Shown here in pieces: positions 39,446 through 53,108 of a DNA stretch of 64,000 bases (position 1 is the first letter of the stretch; each line of letters begins with the position of its first letter). The DNA comes from Octopus sinensis (lineage: Eukaryota): positions 132,990,001 to 133,054,000 of the forward strand of contig NC_042998.1 of assembly GCF_006345805.1 (NCBI RefSeq). The letters run 5' to 3'. A program made the translations under genes and the position numbers. A model generated the notes under the pieces. That model was not told the DNA's origin. It saw nothing but the letters and a program-made list of their open reading frames with translations, and did no database searches.

Positions 39446-41457
39446 CAGAACCACCAAAGCTGGAAGAAGTTGCAATGGCTGTCTCAAGGTTGAATAATGG
39501 GAAGTCTCCGGGTATGGATGGCATACATGCATGGTGGTGAGAAACTTCTGCAGAAACTTCACTCTTTGTTTGGTAAGATATGGACTAGTGAATCTGTACC
39601 TGAGGACTGGAGAGATGCTGTAATGGTGGTCCTGTATAAGGGAAAGGGCAACAGGAATGATTGTGGTAATTATAGGAGAAGGTTTTATGCAGGATACTTC
39701 TGGATCGTCTGCTGAAATACATTGCAGATTGTGTTCTTCCAGAAAGTCAATCTGGCTTTCGTGTGGGACGTGGCACTGCTGATATGGTCTTTTCAGCTAG
39801 ACAGCTTCAGGAGAAGTGTGTGGAACAGGGTCTGGATTTGTATCAGGTTTTTGTCGATCTGACAAAAGCCTTTGATACCGTCAATAGAAAAGCATTGTGG
39901 AAAGTCCTCCAGAAACTTGGGTGTCCTGAAAAGTTCCTTGTTTTGGTTAGGTCTTTTCATGAAGACAGGAATGGTAGGGTGAATGTTAGAGGGAAAATGT
40001 CGGAGCCCATTTCAATATAAAATGGAGTGAAACAGGGGGATATTCTGGCACCGACCCTATTTTCCATATATTTTGCGATGGTGTTCTGTATTGCATTCAG
40101 AAACTGCAGATACGGTGTTTATGTCCATTATCGAACCTCTGGCAGCATATTTAATATCAGGCGCCTTGCTGCAAAAACAAAGGTATTTACCTCTATCATA
40201 AGATACCTTTTGTATGCAGATGATTGTGAGCTAGTAGCACACACAGAGATTGATATGCAACACATTTTGAATGCATTCTCTGATGCTTGCATTGCCTTAG
40301 GATTGACAGTCAATCTCAAGAAAACTGTTGTCATGCATCAACCTGCCCTTGGTAAGCAGTATAGTGTACCAAATATCTATGTGTATGGTAAACGACTTGC
40401 TGATCAGTTTGTCTACCTGGGAAGCACTATTAATAGATATAGCAATTTGGATGATTAAATTCCATATAGAATTCGGAAAGCAAGTGTTGCTTTCGGAAGG
40501 CTAGAAAAGCGCCTCTGGAGTCGGCAAGACATATGCAGAAAGACAAAGATAAAGGTGTACAAGGCATGTGTGCTCCCTTCTCTTCTCTATGCCTGCGAGA
40601 CGTGGGTCACATATCGATACCACCTTAAACAACTGGAACGTTTCCATCAGATGTGCCTCAGACGGATCTATGGCATTAAGTGGAAGGAGTGCATCAGTGA
40701 TCTTGAAATATTGGAAGGCTCTCGGTGTGAAAGTATAGAAGCTCATGTGTTAAAGCAAAGGCTCAGATGGAGTGGTCATCTGGTCAGAATGAAGGATTCA
40801 AGGATGCCAAAATAACTCTTTTATGGAGAGTTAGCTAAAGGAGAACGACCTCCACATAAACCAAAAAAGAGGCATAAGGGCTTGCTGAAGGCTTCCTTAA
40901 GAAATGCTTGCATCTCTCTTGACACATGGGAAGGCATAGCTATTGATCGTAGCAGGTGGAGAAGGATTGTGCATGAGGGGACAGCCACTTTTAAGAAATC
41001 TCGAGTTGCACATGAGAAAGTAAGGAGGGATGTCAGGAAAGGCATCGCTGTTACACTTCCAGAAGGGAAGGGTCTTCCTTTCATGCTGACATGCAATGTC
41101 TGTGCAAGACCTTGCCTCAGTTTAGCTGGACTCAAGAGTCATCTTCGTAGCCATAAAGCGAGACAGAGGAGTGACAACCTGGCCACTGGTGGTGGTGTAA
41201 TACACCATACTAATCATATCTGTCGGGCATGTGGAAGAGAGTGTAATTCGGCAGGAGGACTTAAGCGACATGCAAAGTTACATGAAGCCCAGTTACAACT
41301 ACGGCCGGCTATAACCGGTATAGGTTTTAGTTGCCAATTCTGTACAAGACATTGTAGATCTTTAGCTGGGCTAAAAAGTCACATTCGATCACAGCACCAG
41401 TAACAGTTAAGCTTCGTGCAATGGCCATACTCGATAACGAGGGGGCAGCCATAATAA
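39446..41457 (+). mobile_element. 5'-truncated RTE-clade LINE with three C-terminal C2H2 fingers
   Basis: RT motifs GRGTADM, FVDLTKAFDTVNR, GVKQGDILAPTLF and LYADD lie in one frame (39763-41403) broken only by three TAA stops; three Cx2C...Hx3H(-like) fingers; (ATGT)n on both flanks. Confidence 0.95.
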
Positions 41458-42080
41458 TGTATGTATGTATGTATGTATGTATGTATGTATGTATGTATGT
41501 ATGTATGTATGTATGTATGTATGTATATATGTATGTATGTATGTATGTATGTAGGTATGTATGGACCAGTTGATGCGTTGTGTTTTTCAGCAAAACACTT
41601 CGTCTTCAGTAAAGATTGTTTCCCAACATAACATAGCAATCCTTGTTTAGGACTAATGTTGCTGTAATATAGCCCCAGTTCGAAAATATAAGGACACAGT
41701 TCGTGTCGTATAGCCAGCTGGAGACAATGTCTCCATGGGCTAAACTACAGCAACATTAGTCCTAAACCAGGGCTGCCATGTTATGCTGGCAAAAAATTTT
41801 TACTACAAAGTACTGTTGCTGAATACCTCACGCTGTGAGATTTGAAAATGGCAATTTTCTAATTTCGTCTCCAGTTGCTCACTTCGACACCTGACATGTG
41901 GTTATAATAATATAGTTTCGTCACAATATTATATATGTAAAGCTTTTTTTTTTATATTATAACGTGTCTTTTCGCCTACATCAAAGACATACACTTCGAG
42001 TGATGTCATCTACTTGCCCTCTCCTCCGAAAATGCTGGGCTTGTGCCAAAATTTGGATCCATTATTATCACTATCATCAT

Positions 42081-42128
<48 letters not shown>

Positions 42129-42346
42129 ATAAGTTATCTCGCTTATCCTAAATTCATTTGCTTTTATTGAGCACTGTGTTAGAGCTTTGCATGAAGAAAT
42201 ATTTCCCTTATATTTGTTTGGTATGGCATCGAAATCATATTTACTATACACATACGTATAAACACAAAGAAGTATACGAGTAAGCACATATACACATATG
42301 TACAGATTCACACAGACTTAGGGAAATGTACATGTATGTATGCATG

Positions 42347-42384
<38 letters not shown>

Positions 42385-42390
42385 ATATAA

Positions 42391-42447
<57 letters not shown>

Positions 42448-42501
42448 ATATATATATTTATGCATTTATGTACATATCTATATATCTACACACACACACT
42501 C

Positions 42502-42545
<44 letters not shown>

Positions 42546-43419
42546 TCATAGATTATACGCGTATGTTTGTATGTATGCACATAAAATCCACACGCTTTAT
42601 GATACAATTTCTCAGTCTCCAGTCTGCTTATACTTATACACCCACACAAACAACGATACGTATATATTGACAAATGTAAGCGCACGTAAATCATATACTG
42701 ATACACACTGTGTGTGCTCATTTATAATTAATAAGTAATATCTATACTAAATCTTCGCCAACAATTCAATGAATATGAATTATATAAATATGATTTCCAA
42801 TAAACAACCGCATTAAATAACAGCCATCAATCCATTACGCTTTCATAAACAGAACCTATTCACAAAGTGAATATTGTATTGCATCGATTCATCTATACTA
42901 TTGCCGTTTCGAGTTGAGAGTTGCAATGATCAAATCGAGAGGCAGAATATTTGAACTAGGTTCATTAAATGGAATTACACAGCAGCAAGGAGGCGTTGCC
43001 GTTATGAAATTGAACAAGGCACTTAATTCTTAATTCTTACTTTATGTTTGCCATAATAATGAAAGAAAAATGACAATGGGATATAAACATTAAAACAGAA
43101 TTTGTTTAATGCGTTAGACTTCGATTCACAGTTGGAATCAGTTCATTTCACTTTGTTTTCCTGTTGCTAAAGCTTCCCAGAAAATTATGAAAATCACAAA
43201 ATCACTTTGCCCACCACTACATTCGACATCAAATTCATCATGTTGTGCATAAGGGAGAGTTATTTGCCACAAGGGAAAAAATGTCACAAAGTGAAAAAAT
43301 AAATGAAATGAAAGTTGCCTCAAGCGAAAAATATTTAATGCAAAATCTAATTATGTAAATAGCAATAATGATAGTAATCCTTCCCCCATAATCAAAAGAC
43401 CCGGAATTCTGGAGGATCA

Positions 43420-43574
43420 GGTTAGTAGATTACATCGATCCCAGTGCACAGCTGGTACTTTTTCCACCAGCCTTGAAAGGGTTAAAGCAAAGTTAAACCT
43501 TGGTGGAATTTAAATTTAGAATGTAAAGACGGACTAAATGCCACAAGCATTTTGTCCTGTGAGCTAACGATTCG
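43420..43574 (-). mobile_element. SINE family 2, diverged
   Basis: GATTACATCGATCCCAG...GTACTT...AGAATGTAAAGACGGACTAAATGCC...AGCATTT. Confidence 0.65.
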
Positions 43575-43631
43575 TTATAATAATAATAATACTGATGATG
43601 ATAATAACGACAGCAACAACAACACAACAGT

Positions 43632-43800
43632 AACTGAGAACTCAAACCTACAGTGTCGACCTGAAGAAAAGAGCAATCCTGTATTCTGCAAGAATCCTGA
43701 GGAAGATTCTTGAGGCATGAGGAGACTTGTTACGAAACCTCAAGATAGCATCCTTAGAATGCAATAATTTTAATAATAACACTATAAATGATATTATAAT
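43632..43800 (+). mobile_element. Short 3' end of an R4/Dong-like LINE next to AAT/AAC repeats
   Basis: Reads VDLKKRAILYSARILRKILEA*; a second copy lies reverse-complemented at ~49290-49475. Confidence 0.55.
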
Positions 43801-44619
43801 ATAATATTATATTCCCTTTAAAGTGGATAACCACGTAAGATACCTTAATAATCACGATTTCATTCGCAACCCACGTTGGTGCTATAAGTAGGAAGCAGTA
43901 TCAAACCAAATGTTGTTAAAATTTATCCAAATTATTCAGACTGGAATTTCTACAGACGAGTTCCAAAACCTTTATGTATTCGACATTCCTGTTCTGAAGT
44001 TGCATTAAGTTGGTGATGGTGTGCTTTGAGCACCTGATTGCTAAATCCCAGGTGAGGTGCCCATAATCAAAGTCTGATCAAAGAATATGACTCTATCAAA
44101 AATTCAAGCTGATTGAAACCATTTTCAACGAAAGAATACCTTATTGTATTTTCTTCGGAAAATATCTAGATTAAGTGAATGCGTGTGCATTAAAACGAAT
44201 GCACTCCCCAATTCCTGTCAAGTGCTTTCAGGTGAATGTTTTGATGCATGGGTCTATTAAAATCAGAAGAGAAGGCATTCCAGTTTGTTTAGAGATATTT
44301 CAGGGTAGAGCACGGCCGCCATGTACGGAAGCGATACAAACATACCTTCAAGGATTAGGGTTGGGTTAACAGTGAAATCATTGTACAAGATAATATAATT
44401 GCGAAAGTATCATATGAGAAGTCATTTCAATGCAAAGCCGTTCCGATCAAAATCGATTCGATAAAAAGGCGTGGTACCTATATTAGTCAGATTGTTTGAA
44501 CGTTTTAATACTGAGTATTAATAATTCTAAATAACACTGGTTCTTTTTGCACATGATAAATTTCAAAGAGACTGAATGAAACCTCAAACAACTTGCCATA
44601 GATTCAGTACCAAATATTT

Positions 44620-45011
44620 TGGAATGGATGGAAGCACTCCGTCGGTTACGACGACGAGGGTTCCGGTTGATCCGATCAACGGAACAGCCTGCTCGTGAAA
44701 TTAACGTGTAAGTGACTGAGCACTCCACAGACACGTGTACCCTTAACGTAGTTCTCGGGGATATTCAGCGTGACACAGAGAGTGATAAAGCCAGCCCTTT
44801 GAAATACAGGTACAACAGAAACAGGAAGTAAGGGTGAGAGAAAGTTGTGGTAAAAGAGTACAGCAGGGATCACCACCATCCCTGCCGGAGCCTCGTGGAG
44901 CTTTAGGTGTTTTCGCTCAATAAACACTCACAACGCCCGGTCTGGGAATCGAAACTGCGATCCTACGACCGCGAGTCCGCTGCCCTAACCACTGGGCCAT
45001 TGCGCCTCCAC
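44620..45011 (-). mobile_element. tRNA-derived SINE, family 4 (tail type B)
   Basis: Same head as 35305-35605 over ~180 bp, followed by a different 3' tail (...GGAACCCTCGTCGTCGTAACCGACGGAGTGCTTCC). Confidence 0.85.
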
Positions 45012-45734
45012 ATTTTGGAATAGTTGTCTTCTCAAATAACAGAGAAGCAAACCATTAGTTTCATTCTAGTTTATCTACTTTTTTTCTTTCCTTATTTTCT
45101 CACAACTCATCATTTCTGTTTAATATGCATCAGCTTGATGTAAGGGGTATTTGCACAGGTAGATATAGCTCTGATTTGTACTGTATCAAGCAAGATACTC
45201 TGTATTGCATTCGTTTCTTTCCCAATGGTTCAAGTGTCAATATATACAAAAGCATCGTTTGTAAATATTCTTTCCGAAGCGAGCGTTGACAGATGCTATT
45301 CTAGATCTACATTAGTAATAACAAGTAGAAATAATAATAACAGTAACCATTTCTAATATAGGTACTGACACTTTATTTTATCGACCCAAGAAAAATGGCA
45401 GGCGAAGTTTATTTCCTCGGTATTTGAACTAAGAAGAGTTGTAACAAACCAAACTATTGAATTAGCAACATACAACACCAACAATGCTTTCTGTTATGAA
45501 CTAGTAAGGTGACCTTTATACGGTCACTAAGAATGCTAGAAATAACAGCTAAATATTCCTTAAATCATGCCATATCATTAAATAAGGATGATATGAGTTA
45601 ACAGAAGCCAAGATGTGCCTACAAATATTAGGATGATCATGGATGGAATGCGTTTGATCAAAGGTCTGCTTGAGAGGGAGTGACTTGGAGTTTAACAACA
45701 ACATCGTCAGTCGAATGCAATATTTTCAACAATA

Positions 45735-45946
45735 ATTGTTTCGAATTTTGGCACAAGGCTAGCAATTTCGGGTGAGGGGATAAGTCGATTACACCAACCC
45801 CAATGCTCAACTCGTACTTATCTCATCAACCTTCAAAGGATGAAATGTGATGTTTATCACTGAAGCATTTGAACTTAGAACGTAAAGACGGACGAAATGC
45901 CGCTAAGCATTTTTCCCGGCGTGCAAACGATTCTGCTAGCTCGCCG
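45735..45946 (-). mobile_element. SINE family 2
   Basis: Reverse complement of the 14946 copy, including GGCACAAGGC tail and CTGCTAGCTCGCC head. Confidence 0.75.
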
Positions 45947-47404
45947 ACTTCCACCAATGTAACAATAATAATTATTGCAAATATAGCTCAGTCATACATT
46001 TAGTTAGATATCGAGCGGGATTGGGGTGGGGGAGAAGGAGGGAGAGGAGGCAATGTATTACATCGATCTGTGTATTTCAGTGTTACATATTTTGTTTCAA
46101 CTACGAAAGGACGCATAGGCCTTGGTGAGATTTGAACTTCACATGCATTTTGTGTGGCTTCCATCACCTACCAAACAACAGCAGCAACAAGCCCAACAAC
46201 AACAGCAACCATAACAACACTTGAACACAAAAGAGAGCCTCGACGTGATCGCTCGACCTACCAAATATAGCGGCCAGATCTCCGACTTATTTTACCGCCT
46301 TAGCAAACAACGCGTTGTCCCTATACTTAGTAATAACATGGGAATATTTCAGATCATATGCCTGTTTCATCAAAGTTAATGAAATAAATATTGACAACAG
46401 CAAAAAGAGCACTGTAGCAATAGCATTCTGAAGAAGCTCCTCAAACTGCTAGAATTGGCAGGTCGTATTCATAATGTGTTTTTGGGTTCTCGACACATTA
46501 TAAAAAATATAAAGGAAGATTGTCACGGTTGGGTTGCTTTCGATCATACTCCTTCTCTAACAGAGCTGACCTAGGGTCAAACAACAATTAAATGCCAAAA
46601 AATAGCAACAGCACTATGAAAGATAATTCCTTTACCAATTGCAACAATAACACTATCGGCAACAACAAACACTATCAACAGCATCAATTGCAACAGCGAC
46701 AGCCAGCCATGACAAAATTGCTACACCTACCTTAACAGCACCGACAGCGCCACTACTACCACCACCACCACCACCACCACCACCGCTATCACAACTACTA
46801 CCTATGATAACAATAAACAGGTTAACAAGCATAACAATTATAAAGAGTCAGACATCAATAAGGGGACAGAATCAATGCGACACGGTTATAATTACGCTGA
46901 CAATGGCGGACTGTCTTCAACGTTACAGCCATATTGCAAAGCACATTGTTCAGAGTCGACAAAATTGAAAACAGCTTCATCATCATCATCATCATGATCG
47001 TCGTTGCTGACGTCGTTGTAATTATTATTAACAGCAGCAGTTGCTAAAGTAATGATATGACAACAACGAAAAAAAGCTAGATAGATATATATATGAAGTT
47101 TAAAAAAAAATATACTCACTTGCATTGTAACTGTTATTCTCATTATATTTCTGTCATTCCGCGCGCACACACACACACATACACACACTCACACATACAT
47201 ACATATATACATATAAACACACATACACACACATAAACACATGCACATTCACACATGTATAAGCAATGAAAGAGAGTGAGATAGATTATTGATAGATAGA
47301 TATATTGATAAATAGATAGATAGATAGATGATTGATTGATTGACTGATTGATAGATAGATAGATGAAAAGGTCGATAGATAGACAGACAGACAGACAGGC
47401 CGAC

Positions 47405-47498
<94 letters not shown>

Positions 47499-48393
47499 TT
47501 TGATAGATAGGTTGATTGGTAGGTAGGTGCGTACGTACGTACGTAGATATATAGAAACACAGAGACAGACAGACAGATAGCTAGATAGATAGATAGATAA
47601 AGTGAAAGGGAAGCAAAACTGAGAGAGGGAGAGGGAGAGAAAGAGAAAGGGGAGGAAGAGAGGGATTGAAAGACAAAGGGAGAGGGAGGGGAGAGAAAAA
47701 AAGACTTATTCACATATATTATAGAACTAACACGCACGCACGCACACATACATACAAATGTACACGCACACACACATATCTACACAATTACAAATGTGTA
47801 CATGTATGTATGCGTGAGTGTGTGTGTGTGTGTGTGTGTTTGGTTACCTTCTGTTTGTTTTCTCTATGTGTTTTCTGTATGGCTTTGTGTAGACGTACAC
47901 ATGCGTATATTTGATTGTGAAGTGTATAACTGGTTTTTCAAGTCGTATAAAAACTATCTTCATGTTTAGTTTACATTCCAGCCATTTTATACTTGTTATT
48001 TTATTGTTATTATTGTTTGTTTTCTTTCTTTCTTTATCTTTTTGTTTTTTGTTTAATCGCATTGTTGTTGTTGTTGTTGTTGTTGCATTTTTTTTCTTTG
48101 CTACTGCTACTACTTCTGCAGATGCTGCTGCTGTTGTTGTTGTTGCTTTTGTTGTTGTTGTTGTTACTGGTGCGGTTTTATTGTTGCTACTATTCTACCT
48201 CCTGTTCTTTGTGTGCGTGCGTGTATGTTTGTAAGTGCGTATTTGTGTATGCGTGTTTGTACGCATGCTTATGTATGTATTTCTGTGTGTGTGTGTGTGT
48301 GTTCGTGTCTGTGTGTGTATGTGTGTGTGTGTGTTCTATTATTTTCATCACTACTACCTCTACTACAATCTGCAGCTGCTGCTGCTGCTGCTG

Positions 48394-48429
<36 letters not shown>

Positions 48430-49289
48430 TTTTTATTGCTGCTTTGTTGCAACTGTTTGCCATTGTTATTACCATCAGTTGTTGCAGTTTTCGAACAACT
48501 AAGCATTTTATTCTTTTTTGTTCTGTTACTGACTAATATATATACATATATATATATATATTGTACAAGCATATTGGTATCTATGCCTCACTCAACGATT
48601 CTCTTTTATTTCCAGATAGCACGCCCCCGTGCAAATGCATACATGCATACGCAATATATAAGTTAACAGTTTATGTTCAATAATGTTTTCCATTGAAAGT
48701 TTCGTTTTGTATTGTTGTGTGGCGAGATCAAGTTCGTTCAACAATGCCTATCCTTGTCAAATGCCTACATATTGCCCATCCACTGTGAACGAATAGATCG
48801 TGACGGCCACTACCAAAGTTACTCTCACACGGAGGGTACCGAAAGCAGGTTTACTCATCTGAACCTATCCCTCCTTTGGTTATAGTTTTGCGAAGTGAGG
48901 AATGTTCAAAGTATTCGTTGCATATTGAATTAGTGTCGTCGTGTTGCTTCACTAAATTTTCAATTTCCTTGAGATTACCAGCTCAAATAGAAACGCGAGT
49001 ATCAGTACAGGTTCGCTCAATATGATAAAACTAGCTGATAGTCCTTACCCAAATATCATACTATATCATTTCAAAAACGAAAATCTGTTATAGATATAGA
49101 TATACTGTATTCGTTTTTAAAAATATTAGTGAAGTATTTTGTTTGCAATATCTGCATACATTACGAGCTAGAAGTTTTCTTTGAACGAATAGAATTGTTG
49201 AATCTGGGAAAGAGTAAAAGATAAGTCTCTTACAATAAGTTTTTTTTATTTTATCCATGTGGCTATCCACTCTAGAGAGAATATAATAC

Positions 49290-49475
49290 TATGTTATGAT
49301 GTTATTCATAGTGTTATTATTAAAATATTACATTCTAAGTTCGTGAGCAGGGTTGCTGTCTTGAGGTTTGGTAATAAGTTTCTTGATATCTCAAGAATCT
49401 TTCTCAGGATCCTATCAGAATACAGAATTACTCTTTTCTCCAGGTCGACACTGTAGGTTTCAGTTCTAAGTGACT
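49290..49475 (-). mobile_element. Second copy of the R4/Dong-like 3' fragment
   Basis: Reverse complement reads GAACTGAAACCTACAGTGTCGACCTGGAGAAAAGAG...GATCCTGAGAAAGATTCTTGAG, matching 43635-43720. Confidence 0.6.
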
Positions 49476-49832
49476 GTTGTTGTTTGATTGTGAGAAAAGT
49501 AAATAAGCTTATGTAAACGGAAATATGATTAACGAAGATTTCAGGGAGAAATCAATAATTAGAATGATACATCTGCTCAAAATTTAATTATACGGTAAAA
49601 ACTGTGTTAAGAATACAAAAGTAGAGTAATTCTTAATGCGAGACATACGAAGAATATGGTTTCATACAATAAAATAGACGAAGAGATGTTGAATGGAAAC
49701 GTTAAGAGAATACTCGTGGAAAAATATCCTACTTGACACACGAACAAGATGTTAGGGTTATGAATGATACACAGAAAAATATAGTGACGATATATTGAAG
49801 ATCAGCATTGTATTCATTACAGAGAGAATGAG

Positions 49833-49875
<43 letters not shown>

Positions 49876-50579
49876 TCAAGAAGTTTAAATTATGAGAAAA
49901 AAAATCAAGCTAGATAGAAAACATGAAGCTTTCGGTTGTAGAATGAATAAAAGTACTCTAGTATATAGTGAAAAAGAAACTACAAACACTAAGTCAATAT
50001 ATGAATATAACTTTAAAGAGCAAAAGTTTTGTAAAAAAAAACAGTGCGTAGCTATTATACGGTTGGCTGAACAACAACTTCAGGAAATCTTATAGCATCA
50101 TCAATGTACAAACATAAGTGGTAAATTCTAGATCACTTGAGTGAAGAATGAAAATAACATCAAATATGTCGTTGCTATACTGAAATATGGCAAGAAAATG
50201 GAGTCAGCCCAACTTATGTCGCTTGATTTAAAATAGTTGTAAATATAAGTAGATACACTATGGATGTCATGCTTTCGGACACAAGATCACGCCTACTACC
50301 ACTCAACACCCACACAGATGCACACACATTCACACCTACCCATACCAACATCCACACTCATCCGCTCACACCTCACACCCAAACATATACATACACACAC
50401 ACACGTACGTATATATCTATACGCACATATATATATAGGCTATACAGGGAAGCTAGAAAGAAGTTAACATTATATATAATAAAACCAGTGGTACGTGCTC
50501 TAGATACAAAAGTAAAGACTGGAATAGCATACAGAGAGTTTGTGACAAAGTAAAGAGGGTGAACACATGGTACAAGGCT

Positions 50580-51030
50580 GACGAATAGCAAGGAGTGATG
50601 TTTGTTGAGGCCACAGTTCATAGAGAACTAGCCCGAAAATTTAAGTAAGTTCCGAAGGAGACCAAATACATTAAAATCGTTGAAAAGCCAGGGCACTCCA
50701 TCAGATCACAGTTATGTAGGGCGTAGTAAAGATTAATCCTTACTTTAACTGTAGAACATAACTGTAGGGTGCATAGAGGGTGCTTGTAAAGACAAGAACA
50801 TGACATACATTGTTGTTTTGAGACATCAAGAAGCATTGCAGAGAGATTAAACGAACATTTGAGACAATATGACGACAAAAAACCGTCTTCCATATCCTAT
50901 CAACATGCCAAAGGCCAACATAGAGCCATACTGGGTTGACTTGACATCCGCATTTTATACAAGCACATGAAAAGACCCAACACTCAAACAAATACAGGAG
51001 TACGTCCTCATAAACGGAATATCCCCTGTA
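50580..51030 (+). pseudogene. Degenerate PLE GIY-YIG region
   Basis: VMFVEATVHRELARKF...IKIVEKPGHSIRSQL, then FETSRSIAERLNEHLRQYDDKKPSSISYQHAKGQH. Confidence 0.55.
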
Positions 51031-51477
51031 CTAAATAGGAGATACACATAGAAGGTAGTGATATCTCAATACCCACAGTTTATACATACAAAGATAGATT
51101 TGTTAGTAGGCTGTTATGTAGGCGAATATATATAGGTAGGTAGAAGGATATGTAGACAAACAAATAGATAAGTAGATAGATAGGTACATGGGTAATATAG
51201 ACACACATACATATATACACAAAAGGAGACGGAAACACAACCATTTAAACACACACACCACACATACAAGGACACATATGAAAACACATCCATACATAGC
51301 AGACACATGTACATTGTCATACACACCCATACACGTAGACACACTCAAATACGCACACACAAAGAGTCAGAGGAACACACATAAATACACATACACATAC
51401 GCACATACACACATACAAACACACAAACATGCACACAGAAACACATGAATATGCAGAATACATACATACAAATGCAT

Positions 51478-51565
<88 letters not shown>

Positions 51566-51626
51566 TATATACATACACACACAAGCATAATACATACTTA
51601 CATATGTGTATACACATGTACACTGA

Positions 51627-52782
51627 CGCAGATCTGATAAAGGACAGAGTCAACAACTATTGAAGATGCAAGAAGCAACGAAAATTTTAGAAAAAAATTT
51701 AGAAAAAAATTAGAAGATCCGCTATTGTCTTACCACTAAGAAAGGAATATCCTCAAGAAAATTTCGCAAACGCCAGAACGTAAGCGAGCAAGACAAATGA
51801 AAAGATACAAAATATAAATTAATCGCAAAACAGATTTCGTTGTTAACGCTTGCGTAATCATTTACGTAATTATCCGCTACTCATCAGTGTGATCGTCTTT
51901 GCAGATATAATTTGCAGAACTATACACGGGACGTCCGCATGAGATTGAACATGTATGCAATTCTACTAATTGGGGTCACTTTTCAAAAGACTTCGTTTTA
52001 GTGCGCCAAAATACCGGAAATAATTCTGCAGAAAATAATTCTCTGCAGTGAATTTTGCCGGTTAGAGAACATAGCTATTTAAATTTAAATTTAAAATAAT
52101 AAGGGTGAAAAATTGAATATTAATTTGGTTAATATCAACTTAAAACCAGTGGTCTAGCATACTGAAAAATCTGAAGTTTCAGAAAAAATTATATTACATA
52201 CATATAATAGAGATGACCTGTAAGTGGACACCCATTATGCTAGAAGATCCGCTATGGTCTTACCACTAAGAAAGGAATGTTCTCAAGAAAAGTGACCCCA
52301 ATTGTAATTTGGAGAAATGTATATATGTTCAATCTCATGCAGACATTTCGTGTATAGTTCTGCACATACGCAAGCGCTACCAACGCAATTTGGTTTGTGA
52401 TTAATCTATATTTTGTATCTTTTCATTTGTCTTGCTCGCTTACGTTCTGGCGTTTGCGAAATTTTCTTGAGGATATTCCTTTCTTAGTGGTAAGACCATA
52501 GCGGATCTTCTAATTTTTTTCTAAATTTTTTTCTAAAATTTTCGTTGCTTCTTGCATCTTCAATAGTTGTTGACTCTGTCCTTTATCAGATCTATTATTT
52601 TCATCATCATCATCATCATTATCCGTTCTGGCGTTTGCTAAATTTTCTTGAGAACATTCCTTTCTTAATGGATCTTCTTCTAGCATAATGGATGTCCACT
52701 TACAGGTCATCTCTCTTATATGTATGTAATATAATTTTTTCTGAAGCTTCAGACTTTTCAATATGCTAGACTACTGGTTTTA
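51627..52782. repeat. Interleaved inverted duplication A-B-A'-B' of PLE terminal sequence
   Basis: A 51627-51982 versus inverted A' 52290-52593; B 52141-52292 versus inverted B' 52638-52782. Confidence 0.85.
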
Positions 52783-53045
52783 ATAATATTTTGACGTAGA
52801 CTGTTTTTTGTTTGGCCTATATATTGCTCTAGACACCCAAAGCAGGTTAGGGCGTATATCAGGTTCTCCGAAGCACATGTGAAGCTGCTTTTCACTGTGA
52901 AATGTTGACCCTGTTTGACGAACTCTGATTCCTCAATAAAATCGACGTTGGGTCTTCCGTATCTTTTCAATGGCGGCTTCAGTGTTATTGTTGAGTGTAT
53001 TCGGGGTTGTGTTAGGAAGCTTTTCATAAGTTTGGACTGTTTCTT
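52783..53045 (-). mobile_element. PLE GIY-YIG fragment
   Basis: FTVKSSFTCASENLIYALTCFGCLEQYIGQTKNSLRQ (ORF 52758-53027). Confidence 0.85.
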
Positions 53046-53074
53046 GCTTTTTATTATTATTATTATTATTATTA

Positions 53075-53106
<32 letters not shown>

Positions 53107-53108
<2 letters not shown>

